64,000 nt of DNA from an uncultured Gemmatimonadales bacterium (GCA_963821525.1 CAWGED010000012.1:64001-128000); one strand, 5' to 3'; shown: positions 50,879-61,462, counted from the first letter of the stretch. The notes: generated from the letters alone by a model not told the origin. Translations and numbers: made by a program.

Positions 50879-51969
50879 AAACTCACCTTCACGATCCGGC
50901 CTCCGGTTCCTACCAGCCATCCCGCCTTGGGACTGGCGAACGCGACGGCCCAGAAGTTCTTCGCCCCCGCCAGCAGGTTCCAGGTATCGCCTTCGTCAGG
51001 AGACCACGCCGCTCCTCCGGGACCGGTGATCACGACGGTTACTCCCAGTCCCTTCACATAGCTCGACCCGAAGATGGATCCGCGGAACGGAGCGTGGGTC
51101 GCGAGGGTCCAGGTCACCCCGCCGTCGCTCGAGCGCGCGACGTTGTCGCTGAAGGCATCTCCCGCGGCCAGCTCGCCGCCACCCAGGAAGCCGTGCAGCG
51201 CGTCACGGAAGGCCACGGTGAGCCCGCCGGAGCTTGGCGTGCCTTGAACAATCGGGGTGTCATATGCGTTCCAGGTATTCCCGCCGTCGGTCGTCGCGAG
51301 AATCCTGGACTTGGCCGCACCGCCGGTCGTGATCCAGGCCCGCTGCTCGCCCTGGGTCGCGACACAGGTGCCGCTCGCGGCGAAGGCGGCCTCGCCCGGC
51401 TGAGCCGGCGGCATGTTGTTGCTGATGAAGTTCCAGGTCTGGCCGTCGAGCGTCCGGATGACCGGGAAGACTCCGTTCACGGCGTCGCTCATCGTGATGG
51501 CGCGCCGCTTTCCCCAGAACGCGAAGCAATCGTAGAAGGCGAGCGGATCCTGATTGACGAACTGCAGGGTCCAGTGCGCGCCGCCGTCGTTGGTGTAGTA
51601 GATCCGTGAGAGTTGGCCCGGTCCGGCCGCCATGAGGTACGCGATCTTGTCACTCTGGGCCTCGACATCACGGAACTGGAGGTCGCCCGCGCCGGGAACA
51701 TGCGCGGCCTTCCAGGTATTCCCTCCATCGGTAGTAATGGTGTAGGTGCCACCGACGCCGCTCGCCCAGGCGACCTGATCGTTCACCGGGCTGATGGCCT
51801 GGAGCCGATTGGTGGTTCCGCTGTTCTGTGGTGTGAGAGTCGGTGTGTCGCTGGCTCGCACCGCGGGCAGCTCCGAAGGAGCGGGCGGCGCCGAGTTGTC
51901 GGAACAGGCGAAGAGGACCGCACCGGCGAGAAGACCGGCGGCGGTGGAGAATGGCGAACGAAGCTGCAT
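50875..51969 (-). CDS. BNR/Ycf48-like beta-propeller lipoprotein
   Basis: LFAC lipobox; repeated TxDGGxTW Asp-boxes. Confidence 0.85.
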   Translation of the reverse strand: MQLRSPFSTAAGLLAGAVLFACSDNSAPPAPSELPAVRASDTPTLTPQNSGTTNRLQAISPVNDQVAWASGVGGTYTITTDGGNTWKAAHVPGAGDLQFRDVEAQSDKIAYLMAAGPGQLSRIYYTNDGGAHWTLQFVNQDPLAFYDCFAFWGKRRAITMSDAVNGVFPVIRTLDGQTWNFISNNMPPAQPGEAAFAASGTCVATQGEQRAWITTGGAAKSRILATTDGGNTWNAYDTPIVQGTPSSGGLTVAFRDALHGFLGGGELAAGDAFSDNVARSSDGGVTWTLATHAPFRGSIFGSSYVKGLGVTVVITGPGGAAWSPDEGDTWNLLAGAKNFWAVAFASPKAGWLVGTGGRIVKVSF

Positions 51970-52029
51970 GGTTGCCTCCGGGTGGGGAGAACCCTTGATG
52001 TGGTCAGGATGAGGCTCTGCGCCACAGAG

Positions 52030-53139
52030 TTATCCCGCGCCGCTCCCCGGGGCAAGTCCGTTCTGCGAGGGCCCGGGCCAGGAGGAGAGATAGCGGAGCA
52101 GAGTGTTCTCTTCAGGCCCCAATCCCTCTTCTGTCGCGGTACCGCTGCTCTGTTTCTGCCAGAGCCGAAAACTCTCCTCTCTGGTAAAGGCTTCGAGCAC
52201 GGCTGGATGGATGTAGCACTTGCGGCAGATCGCGACGGTGTTGCCCAGTTGCTCCGCCACGATACCGATCGCCGCGAGCGCCGCTGCCTTCCCCGCACTG
52301 TTTGACTCGAAGGCTTCACTCACCGCCAGGCACTGCGCCGCGATCAGGGTGCCGCCCCAGGTCCGGAAATCCTTGGCCGTGAAATCCTGCTCCGCAATCA
52401 GCTTGATATAGGCGTTGACATCCTCCGCGCCGATCGGCTGGGCCTCGCCCGCTTCGTCCAGGTACTGGAAGAGATCCTGGCCAGGCAGGTCCCGGGAACG
52501 CTTCACCAGCCGGGCGAGCCGACGATCGGTCACCTGCACTACATGGAATTTCCCGCTCTTTCCCCGGAACTTGAACTGGATCCGGGAACCCTGCACATCT
52601 ACATGGCGATTCTTGAGGGTGGTAAGCCCGAACGAGCTGTTGGTACGGGCGTACCATTCGTTGCCGACCCGGATGAAGGTGGTCTCCAGCAGCTTGACGA
52701 TGGTGGCGAGCAGCTTGTCCCGCGGGAGGCCCGGAAGCGCAAGATCCTCCTCCACTCGTTTACGGATCCTCGGAAGCGCCCGCGCGAACAGCACCAGCCG
52801 CTCGTACTTGGTCTCGTCCCGGACCTGGCTCCACCGCTTGTGGTAGCGGTACTGCTTGCGCTTACGCGCGTCACGTCCGGTGGCCTGGAGATGTCCTTCG
52901 GGAGCGGGAGCGATCCACACGTCGGTCCATGCGGGAGGGATCGCGAGGGCGCGGATCCGCGCGAGGGTGGCTTCGTCGCGCATCGGTTTGCCATCCGGCC
53001 CGCGATAGGAAAACCCGGTTCCGTTGCGGTGCCGGGTGATGCCGGGCTTGGCGTCGCTGACGTAGCGCAGCTGCGCGGCCTTCGCGGCCTCGACCGGTAG
53101 CATGAACGGGTCGGGGGCCGTGCGTTTACGTCGCGGCAT
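52030..53139 (-). CDS. Bacterial DNA topoisomerase IB
   Basis: IPPAWTDVWI, GRDARKRKQYRYH, RVGN, FRGKSG, TAKDFRTW, LGNT..CRKCYIHP. Confidence 0.95.
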   Translation of the reverse strand: MPRRKRTAPDPFMLPVEAAKAAQLRYVSDAKPGITRHRNGTGFSYRGPDGKPMRDEATLARIRALAIPPAWTDVWIAPAPEGHLQATGRDARKRKQYRYHKRWSQVRDETKYERLVLFARALPRIRKRVEEDLALPGLPRDKLLATIVKLLETTFIRVGNEWYARTNSSFGLTTLKNRHVDVQGSRIQFKFRGKSGKFHVVQVTDRRLARLVKRSRDLPGQDLFQYLDEAGEAQPIGAEDVNAYIKLIAEQDFTAKDFRTWGGTLIAAQCLAVSEAFESNSAGKAAALAAIGIVAEQLGNTVAICRKCYIHPAVLEAFTREESFRLWQKQSSGTATEEGLGPEENTLLRYLSSWPGPSQNGLAPGSGAG

Positions 53140-53157
53140 GGAGGTCGTGTGCCGGGG

Positions 53158-53242
53158 AGGGAGTGGGGAGTGGGTGTGTGGGGTTGTGGGGCGTAGGAGA
53201 GATTCAGTGCCCCCACTACCCACCACCCACTCCCTACTACCC
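53158..53242. repeat. Inverted G(T/G)GGG-type / CCACTAC-type heptamer pair
   Basis: gggagtggggagtgggtgtgtgggg versus ccccactacccaccacccactccctactaccc. Confidence 0.8.
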
Positions 53243-53469
53243 TAGCTGGAACTCCCCCTTTTTCTAGGAACCTTGGCCCCCTTCTTTCTCGCCTCCGACA
53301 AGCCAATCGCGATCGCCTGCTTCCGGCTGGTGACCTTCCCGCCGTGGCCCTTGGGGCCGCTGCGAAGCGTGCCGTGTTTCCTGCGCCGCATCGCGGACTC
53401 GACGCTCTTGCTCGCGCCTTTGCTGTACCGTCGTCCCTTGCTGCTCCGGGATCTGCTGCGTGCTGGCAT
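53242..53469 (-). CDS. Small basic protein (DUF6496-like)
   Basis: GTLRSG...KVTSRKQAIAIGLSEARKKGAKVP. Confidence 0.8.
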   Translation of the reverse strand: MPARSRSRSSKGRRYSKGASKSVESAMRRRKHGTLRSGPKGHGGKVTSRKQAIAIGLSEARKKGAKVPRKRGSSS

Positions 53470-53691
53470 TCGATACCTCACATTCTCGCAGCGGCAGTCC
53501 GCAACGCGAACCGCCGCATCATTGATGAGTTCGGGAGATGCACGCGCGCACCTCCATTCGCAATGTTGTCAATCGGGAATCGCGGTACAAGGGGCTTGCA
53601 AGATTTCACGGCATGACAAGGTGTCCGGTAAGTTGAACGGGCGGCCCTGGTGAGAGCCGCCCGCTCGAAAGAAGAACCGCCGCTTTGCTGC

Positions 53692-53820
53692 TTAGCGGAA
53701 AATCTGGAAATGGCCCAGGAGCCACCAGAGCAGAAGAAAGATCAAAATCGTGCTGATGCAGCCGCCGCCCAGCTTCTTGGCGCCCCAGCCCGCTGCGAAA
53801 CCGCGTAGGAGCTTGCTCAA
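53692..53820 (-). CDS. 42-aa small membrane protein, not in the ORF track
   Basis: TTG start, MSKLLRGFAAGWGAKKLGGGCISTILIFLLLWWLLGHFQIFR*; downstream hairpin at 53638-53662. Confidence 0.65.
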   Translation of the reverse strand: MSKLLRGFAAGWGAKKLGGGCISTILIFLLLWWLLGHFQIFR

Positions 53821-53901
53821 CGCCGCCCTGCCTTTCGCTTCAGTGTGTCCTCCCCGCGCTCATCGCGGTTCGCCCAATATAGTCGCTACCTCGAGGCTCC
53901 C

Positions 53902-54437
53902 ATGCTGATCATCGCCATCGACTGGCACACGGCCTTCGTTCCGACGGTCAACCTTGCCGAGCTGTTCATGCGCGGGCTCGATCGTCTACCTGTTCCTCTT
54001 CTTCGCCTTTCGCATCCTGCCGCGACAGGCCGGCGCCGTCGGCGTGTCCGACCTTCTGGCACTGGTACTCATTGCCGACGCGGCACAGAACGCCATGTCA
54101 GCCGACTATCACTCGGTGCCGGAAGGCCTGGTCCTGGTAAGCACCATTTTGTTCTGGGACGTAGCACTCGACTGGCTCGCCTTCAAGGTCCCGGCTGCTG
54201 CGGAAGTTGCTGCACGGCCAGCCGCTTCCGCTCATTATCCGGGGTCGCTTGCAGCACCTGAATCTGGACCAGCAGCTGATCAGTGAGGAGGAGCTCGATT
54301 CTCACTTGCGGCAACACGGCGTAGCAGATCCTCGAGAGGTCGTGCTCTGCAATCTGGAGGGGGATGGACACATCAGTGTGCTGCAGGAGGAACCGAAGGA
54401 AGATTCAAGCCAGGAAGAAGCGAGGGGACTGACCTGA
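53902..54437 (+). CDS. DUF421/YetF membrane protein, two frameshifts
   Basis: DLLALVLIADAAQNAM, ELDSHLRQHGV, LEGDGHISV. Confidence 0.85.
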
Positions 54438-54449
54438 GCCAAGTGTCCG

Positions 54450-54915
54450 TCAGCTCACTCCGGCCCGGGCCGTGAAGAAGGAGCGCACGTCGTGGGGAAT
54501 CCAGAGCAGCCAGAGCGCCGCGAGTCGCAGCGCGAAGCTCACCCCCTGCTCGATCGTGACACCGGTGACTTCAGCCGGGATCAGGGCGGACGAATCCCGG
54601 AGGAATCCATATCCGGCTATCGTCCCGATCACGAGCGTTGCCGTGGTGACCAGGCGGATCCAGCTCTTCCCCCGCGGCAGGACCAGCGTGAGCCAGGCGA
54701 ACAGGAGTGCCACGGCGGCGTGGACAATCACACTGCCGATGATCGTCTGGTTGGCGGCGTGTTCGACTTGCTCCGGCGTCAGGCTCGGCTGGCGGCGCGC
54801 CCAGGAGGCCGCGACCTCCGGCCGATGATTCACGGAACAGGAGGGCCACGACCAGCTGGAGCAGAGCGAGGACGGCCAGCAGGATCTGGGTCCAGCGAAT
54901 TTGTGCGGGGGCCAT
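54450..54915 (-). CDS. Hypothetical membrane protein, frameshift near 54830
   Basis: hydrophobic segments across two frames. Confidence 0.65.
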
Positions 54916-55070
54916 CTCAGGACAAGAGTTGGTACGCCACTAGGGCGAGGGTTCGCAAGGCATCATTGAATGTCAGCATCACATCCCTCCACGAGGATCA
55001 CGTCCCAGTATAACCACGGTCCGGCGATGACCGGACGGGTTCCTGGCATGGGACCGTGTGACCATTCCCC

Positions 55071-55214
55071 TTGCGATTCTGGGGATACTTACTAAGCTGT
55101 TCTGCACAAATACGGATGCCCTGCGCATCCACCCTTGTCGAGCGAGGCGTTTGGCCGGCCCGCGAGACGAAGGCGTAATCGAGCTCCAACGGGAGACTTC
55201 GGTTGCGCTTTTTT
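55071..55214 (+). promoter_or_regulatory. Leader copy 1: promoter + CCTTGTCG..AGACGAAGG stem + overlapping terminator
   Basis: TTGCGA-N16-TAAGCT; stem 55133-55173; terminator 55170-55214 with T6. Confidence 0.75.
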
Positions 55215-55239
55215 GTTGCACTTATTGTGGGAGGACAGG

Positions 55240-55998
55240 ATGACCAGGACAATGACATTCATGACCGCGCTCCTCGCCATTGGGTTGAGCGCGTCGTGCA
55301 AAGGTGCCAGGACCGATCGGCCCGTTGCCACCAACGCCGGAGGAGACACCACGCTTTCACCATCGGGCGACTCGGCGGCCGGGCAAGGGCGGTCGATGGT
55401 GCGGCTGGTGAATGCGCTGCCCGCCAATCAGTCGATTGACGTCTCGGGAGACGACCGCACGATCTTCAGCGCGGTCACCTACAAGAAGGTCACGCCTTAC
55501 GTCGAGGTGAAGGACAACCGCGTCACCTTTCGCCTTTTTCCAACGGCGAAGGACAGCGCAATAGCTGACAACAGTGAAATGATGGCGGACGGCAACCGTT
55601 ACACGATCGTAGCACTCCCCGACGACAAGGGCGGCGCGACGATGCGTATTCTAAGGGACGAGGTCGTGCCGGATTCCGGCAAAGCGCGGGTCCGGGTGAT
55701 CAACGCCTCTCCGGGCGTCAAGGACGCCGATGTGGCGCTGCAGGGACAAAAGGACCCGCTCTTTTCCGATATCGATTACAAGAGCGAGGCGGGCTACAAG
55801 GACATCACGCCGATCACGGCGACGGTCGAGATCAGGGGCGACGACCCGAACTCCAAGCCGATCCTGGTCAAGAACGTCCACTTCGAGGCCGGCAAGGCAT
55901 ACACAATCGTGTTGACCGGCTGGAAATCGAAGCCGGTGGAAGTCATCACTTTCGACGATAGCGAGACCGGCGGAGTGGCCGGGCTGTCGCTGCACTAA
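55240..55998 (+). CDS. DUF4397-family lipoprotein
   Basis: SASC lipobox; two repeats VRLVNALP / VRVINASP...GKAYTIV. Confidence 0.85.
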   Translation: MTRTMTFMTALLAIGLSASCKGARTDRPVATNAGGDTTLSPSGDSAAGQGRSMVRLVNALPANQSIDVSGDDRTIFSAVTYKKVTPYVEVKDNRVTFRLFPTAKDSAIADNSEMMADGNRYTIVALPDDKGGATMRILRDEVVPDSGKARVRVINASPGVKDADVALQGQKDPLFSDIDYKSEAGYKDITPITATVEIRGDDPNSKPILVKNVHFEAGKAYTIVLTGWKSKPVEVITFDDSETGGVAGLSLH

Positions 55999-56465
55999 TG
56001 GAGTGTTCGATGATGAGCCAGGAAAACGCCTGGTTGACCGGCCGGGAGCTCCTGATCAGCGAGATCGAGATCAGGGTCGAGGCGATGAGAAGCGAAGCGG
56101 AAAAGACCCGCGGGTTTAGAGCCGGAGTGCTGGTGTTTCTCGAGCGGAGGCTCACGCGGGCCAAGAGCGCGCTGGCCACACTCCGGCATCTGCCGAGTGC
56201 TCTTTCCGAAGGCCGGCGTCAAACCGTCGACCGCATGGTCTCGGCTATCATCGGCACCCTGCGTCACGCAGAGATCACGCTTCGGGGTGAGTCCGGCACA
56301 CCACCTGAGCCGGATCAGGAGTTCCTTCGTGAACGCCGTCGGGCAGAACGGCGGCAATCTCCCTCGCGGCGCGCAACCAGACGTCCCGTGCCGGCAGGGC
56401 AGGACGAGGATCCCGCGAGTCCACCCGAACCGGACCGGGACCGGGATGTAGGTGACGGGAGCTGA
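55998..56465 (+). CDS. Hypothetical protein
   Basis: TAATG-coupled to the DUF4397 gene; helical N-terminal half. Confidence 0.55.
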   Translation: MECSMMSQENAWLTGRELLISEIEIRVEAMRSEAEKTRGFRAGVLVFLERRLTRAKSALATLRHLPSALSEGRRQTVDRMVSAIIGTLRHAEITLRGESGTPPEPDQEFLRERRRAERRQSPSRRATRRPVPAGQDEDPASPPEPDRDRDVGDGS

Positions 56466-56476
56466 CAGGCTGGCTC

Positions 56477-56602
56477 TTGCGGCGAAGCGGCTCGGTTCGT
56501 ATTGTCGTGGCGCGGTGAAATAGCCGAACCTTGGCGCGCTGGCTTCCGGCCCGCGAGTCGAAGGCGCAGGAATCTTCGGATTCCTTGCGCCTTCTTGTTT
56601 TT
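56477..56602 (+). promoter_or_regulatory. Leader copy 2: promoter + CCTTGGCG..AGTCGAAGG stem + overlapping terminator
   Basis: TTGCGG-N17-TATTGT; stem 56529-56564; terminator AAGGCGCAGGAATC-TTCG-GATTCCTTGCGCCTT + CTTGTTTTT. Confidence 0.8.
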
Positions 56603-56646
56603 CCGGGCCGGACCAGCCTGCCGCCAAGGCATGGAAAGTAGGAGAA

Positions 56647-56926
56647 ATGGACGTGAGGGAACTCAACAGTTGTGCTCTATCTCTTCAGCGCTTCGACTGG
56701 TCCAGCGGAGTGGACCTATGCAAACGGTCGCCCGGTCCGGGTTCCTGCCAACGCCACGAATCAGGATGTAGATAGCCGCAACATCTGTCCTTCCTCGACT
56801 GGAGCATGGGATAAGCAGCCAGCCGCATTCTCGCCCTGGACCGGGCCGTCCTACTCACCGACCACTAACCGTTGCACTCCCTGCCTCCGCGCCCTCGGCG
56901 CGCTGACCGATGTTGTCGCGCCTTGA
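56647..56926 (+). CDS. Possible small protein after leader 2, probably frameshifted; end uncertain
   Basis: AGGAG-AA-ATG (MDVREL...), possibly continuing into ORF 56672..56926. Confidence 0.35.
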
Positions 56927-57190
56927 GTCCGAGCCTTCCGTTGTCTGGAACGGGTGGGGGGTCGCGTTCTGCGTGGCGGCGTTCATCCTCGGCATTGTTG
57001 CCGCCTCCGACAATGGGCCTTCTATACCACAGGCAACCGAGCTTCGGATCCGCGCCGATCCCAGGATTCGCGGTCGCTGCAGATCCAAAGTTGGTGAGCC
57101 GGAAGTAAGAATTGGGTTCCTGCCATCGGTGAGTAATCCCACCCTGAATTGATCTCCTAAGCCTCTCCGATTGGCATGTGCGCCAAGGCC

Positions 57191-57323
57191 TTGCGGTTCG
57201 CCTATAACGGGCCGTATAGTCCCTCGTTAGCAGGTGGCAGGAATCCTTGGCGGGTCGGGCAGTCGGCCGACCAGTCGAAGGCGCGAAGGGGATCCTCAGA
57301 TCCTCCGCGCCTTTTTTTGTTTT
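57191..57323 (+). promoter_or_regulatory. Leader copy 3: promoter + CCTTGGCG..AGTCGAAGG stem + overlapping terminator
   Basis: TTGCGG-N18-TATAGT; stem 57245-57281; terminator 57278-57318 with T7, then GGAGG RBS. Confidence 0.8.
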
Positions 57324-57341
57324 CGGGAGGTGCGCCGCGAC

Positions 57342-59690
57342 ATGGAATCTCAAGTCGCCTCTCAGGAAAGCCCACCTCGGGACCTTCAAGGGCGCCCCAA
57401 CGACCAATGGCTCCAGGCCATCTTCGGCCAGGCAGCCGTGGGAATCGCCGTAATAGACGGCGAGGGGCATTTCCTTCACTGTAACCAGAAGCTCGCGCAG
57501 ATAACCGGCCGTGGCGTGGCGGAGCTCATTGGCCTCAAGTGCTCCGAGATCACGCATCCCGACGATTGGCCGGCCAGCCAGGCGCATGATGGAGGACCTG
57601 CGCAGAGGCATACGCACCGAATTCTCCGCCGAGAAGCGTTACCTGCGTCCCGACGGCGCGGTGGTCTGGGTAAATGTGGCTGTCTCGCCCTTGCGCGACG
57701 CGACCGGGCGGTTCGATCGCCTCATTGCCGTCGTCGAGGACATTACCGCCCGCAAGCGGGCGGAGCAGGCGGTTCAGGAACGGGAGCACAGGGTGCGCCG
57801 GGTGCTGGAGCGAATGCCCGCGGGCACCTACCTCTGCGATCGCCACGGTCTCATCACCTACTTCAACCATCATGCCGAGGCGTTGTGGGGACGGGCGCCG
57901 AAGCTCAATGATCCGATCGATCGCTACTGCGGATCCTTCAAGCTGTTCGCGGCGGACGGAACACCGATCAATCACTCGGAATGCTGGATGGCCCTCGCGC
58001 TGCGCGACGAGACCGCGTACGACGGGCAAGGAGATCATCATCGAGCGCCCCGACGGGAAGCGGATGACCGTCCTCGCTCATGCCAATCCGATCTGGGGAC
58101 GACGATGACGAGCTGATCGGGGCGGTCAATGTCCTGGTGGATATCTCAGATCGGAAGCACGCCGAGCAGTCGCTGCGCGAAAGCGAGGATCGCTTCCGTC
58201 ATCTGGCCGACAATGTTCCGGTGCTGATCTGGGTGTCCGGACCCGATGGCTACGAGTTCGTGAACCGCGAGTACCTCAAGTTTGCCGGCTGCGATTTCAG
58301 CCGGCTCGAAGGCGCCGGGTGGCAGGACCTGCTCCATCCATCCGACGCGCCGGGATTCATCGCCGCCTACGAGCGGGCTGGTCGCCAGCGCCAGCGCTTC
58401 GAAATGCAACTCAGGTTCCGGCGCGCCGACGGAGAATACCGCTGGCTCCGGGTTACCGCGGTTCCCCGCCTCGACGAGGATGGCGAGGTGCTCGGTTTCG
58501 TCGGCTCCTCGGCAGACATCACCGACATCAAGCGGTCGGAGGAGACTCTGCGGGAAGCGGATCAGCGGAAGGACGAGTTCCTGGCGACCCTGGCCCACGA
58601 GCTGAGGAACCCCCTCGCCCCGATCCGTAATGCACTCCAGATTATCCGCGTGGGCACCGACCAGGAGTCGGTGGGCAAGGTCCACGACATGCTGGAGCGC
58701 CAGGTGGATCAGATGGTACGGCTGGTTGACGACCTGCTTGAAGTCTCCCGAATCACTCGTGGAAAGATCGAGTTGCGCCGGGAGCGGGTAGACCTGGGTG
58801 CCGTGATTCGTAGCGCCCTCGAAACCAGCAAACCATTGATTGACGCAGCCCGGCATGAACTCACCGTCGGGCTCCCCATCGAACCGCTGTGGCTCGACGC
58901 CGATCCGGTCCGGCTGGCCCAGGTCTTCTCCAATCTCCTGAACAACGCCGCCAAGTACACCGAACCAGGCGGACGAATCTGGATCAACACCAACCGGCAC
59001 AACGACCAGGTCGTCGTCTCGGTATGCGATACCGGCATCGGGATCTCACCGGAGAAAATTCCCAAAGTCTTCAACCTGTTCGCCCAGCTCGATACCACGA
59101 CGGCGAAGGCGCAGGGCGGACTCGGCATCGGACTCGCCCTGGCCCGGCGATTGGTCGAGATGCACGGCGGGCGGATCGACGCCCGGAGCGGTGGTGAGGG
59201 AGAAGGAAGCGAGTTCCGGATCCATCTGCCGCTGGCTCGGGAGCAGGAACGCAAGCGGACCAGCAATCCCCCGCGCCTTGCCAAAGCGGACGAGGCGCCC
59301 TCAGTACACCGGGTCATGGTGGTTGACGACAACCGGGATGCCGCCGACAGCCTCGGAATGTTGCTCCGGCTCCGCGGGATGCAGGTGCAGGTCGCGAACG
59401 ACGGCCCCTCCGCCCTCAAGACCTTCTCCACCTTCCATCCCACGGTCATCCTGCTCGACCTTGGCATGCCGGGGATGGACGGATACGAGGTCGCCGAGCA
59501 GATCCGGCGTCTGCCGGACTCCGCGAACGTGGCCCTTATCGCACTCACCGGCTGGGGGCACGCCGAGTTCCGCCAACGCAGTCGGGAGAGTGGATTCGCT
59601 CATCACCTGGTAAAGCCGGTCGAGCTGGATGCTCTGCTGAGCCTGCTGGGATCCCTTCAGCCGGACGCCCCATTGGCGCCGGCCGACTAA
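57342..59690 (+). CDS. Multi-PAS hybrid histidine kinase-receiver; about 3 frameshifts
   Basis: three PAS domains (ITHPDD, LHPSD), LAHELRNPL, NAAKYT, GLGIGL, receiver LLDLGMP..KP. Confidence 0.9.
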
Positions 59691-59703
59691 ACAGGATGGA
59701 GCC

Positions 59704-61462
59704 ATGACCGACGTCGCGAGGAGAGAAGAAGTAGGCCGGACGAATGGGCATGCGGGGCAGGAGTTGGCCAAGTCGGCCACGGGCATTCAGGGGCTCGACG
59801 AGATCACCGGAGGCGGACTTCCTGCCGGCCGGCCCACCCTCATCTGCGGCAGTGCCGGATGCGGCAAGACTCTCCTTTCCCTGGAATTCCTGGTGCGGGG
59901 AGCAGTGGAATTCGGAGAGAACGGCGTGTTCCTGGCCTTCGAGGAAACCGCCGAGGAGTTGAGCCAGAACGTCCGTTCACTCGGCTTCGATCTCGACCAG
60001 CTGATCGAAGACGGCAAACTCGTTGTGGATTACGTCCATGTCGACCGCAGCGAGATCGACGAGACGGGCGAGTACGACCTCGAGGGACTCTTCATCCGCC
60101 TGGCAGACGCCATCGACCAGGTCGGAGCCAAGCGGGTTGTTCTGGACACGATCGAGAGCCTCTTCAGCCGGCCTCTCGAACGACGCCATCCTCCGCTCCG
60201 AGCTGCGCCGGCTGTTTCGCTGGCTCAAGGAGCGCGGCGTCACCGCCATCATCACCGGGGAGCGGGGAGAGAAGTCGCTGACTCGGCAGGGCCTGGAGGA
60301 GTACGTCTCGGATTGCGTGATCCTGCTGGATCACCGGGTCTCCGACCAGCTCTCGACCCGGCGGCTCAGGGTCGTCAAATACCGGGGCTCGACCCACGGC
60401 ACCAACGAGTATCCGTTCCTCATCGATCGAATTCGGCATCAGCGTCCTCCCGATCACCTCGCTGGGCCTGAAGCACGGAGCCACAAACGAACGGATTTCC
60501 ACCGGCGTCGCAGGCCTCGACGCGATGTTGGGCGGCAAGGGCGTCTACCGGGCCTCCAGCATTCTGATCTCGGGGACCGCGGGAACCGGGAAGACCACCA
60601 TCTCGGCACACTTCGCCGATGCCGCGTGCCGCCGGGGGGAACGCTGCCTGTACTTCGCCTTCGAGGAATCACCCGACCAGATCGTCAGGAACATGCGGTC
60701 GGTCGGCATCGACCTGCAGCCATGGGTGGACCGGGGCCTGCTCGTGATCCATTCCAGCCGTCCCAGTATGTACGGCCTGGAGACCCACCTCACCACGATG
60801 TACCGGGAGGTGCGGGCGTTCAACCCTCGGCTGGTCATCATGGATCCCATCACCAGTTTCCTTCGTTCGGACGGGGGCAACCGACGCGGAGGCGATGCTG
60901 GTTCGCATGATCGATTTTCTGAAGGGTTGCGAGATTACGAGCGTCTTCACCAGCCTGACCCGGGGAGGGAGCGCGCTGGAGCAGTCCGAGGTTGGGGTCT
61001 CGTCGCTCATCGATACCTGGCTGGTGGTGAAAGAGATCGAACAGCAGGGTGAGCGAAACCGCGGCCTCTACGTGATCAAGTCCCGCGGCATGAAGTCATT
61101 CCGACCAGATCCGGGAATTCCAGCTTACCGACGAAGGAGTGGAGCTCAAGGATGCCTACATCGGACCCGAGGGCGTCCTCACCGGATCGGCCCGCCTGGC
61201 GCAGGAAGCTCGGGAAGAGGCGGCCAAGGTCAAGCGCCAGGAGGACATCGAGCGGAAGCAACGGTCACTGGAACGGAAACGTCAGGCACTCGAAGCCCAG
61301 ATCGCCGCGTTGCGCCTGGAGTTCGAGGGTGAAGAACAGGAAGCCCAACGCATGCTCGTGGAGGATCAGCGCCGCGAGGAACGGCTCGAGGAAGACAGAG
61401 ATGACATGGCTCGCAGTCGGAAACTGGACCCTCAGCCTCAGAAAGCCCAGGAACCAACATGA
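59704..61462 (+). CDS. kaiC: Circadian clock protein KaiC (KaiC2-like) with C-terminal coiled coil; several frameshifts
   Basis: [47 protein letters not shown]. Confidence 0.9.

Noticed and set aside
48532..51609. 1025-aa fusion ORF
   Set aside because: Indel artefact joining a small protein, an S9 peptidase with its own signal peptide, and antisense read-through of the BNR gene
55133..57281. T-box or known riboswitch identity for the leader
   Set aside because: Lacks the UGGNACC bulge and other hallmark motifs that I can recognise by eye; an Rfam search is still needed
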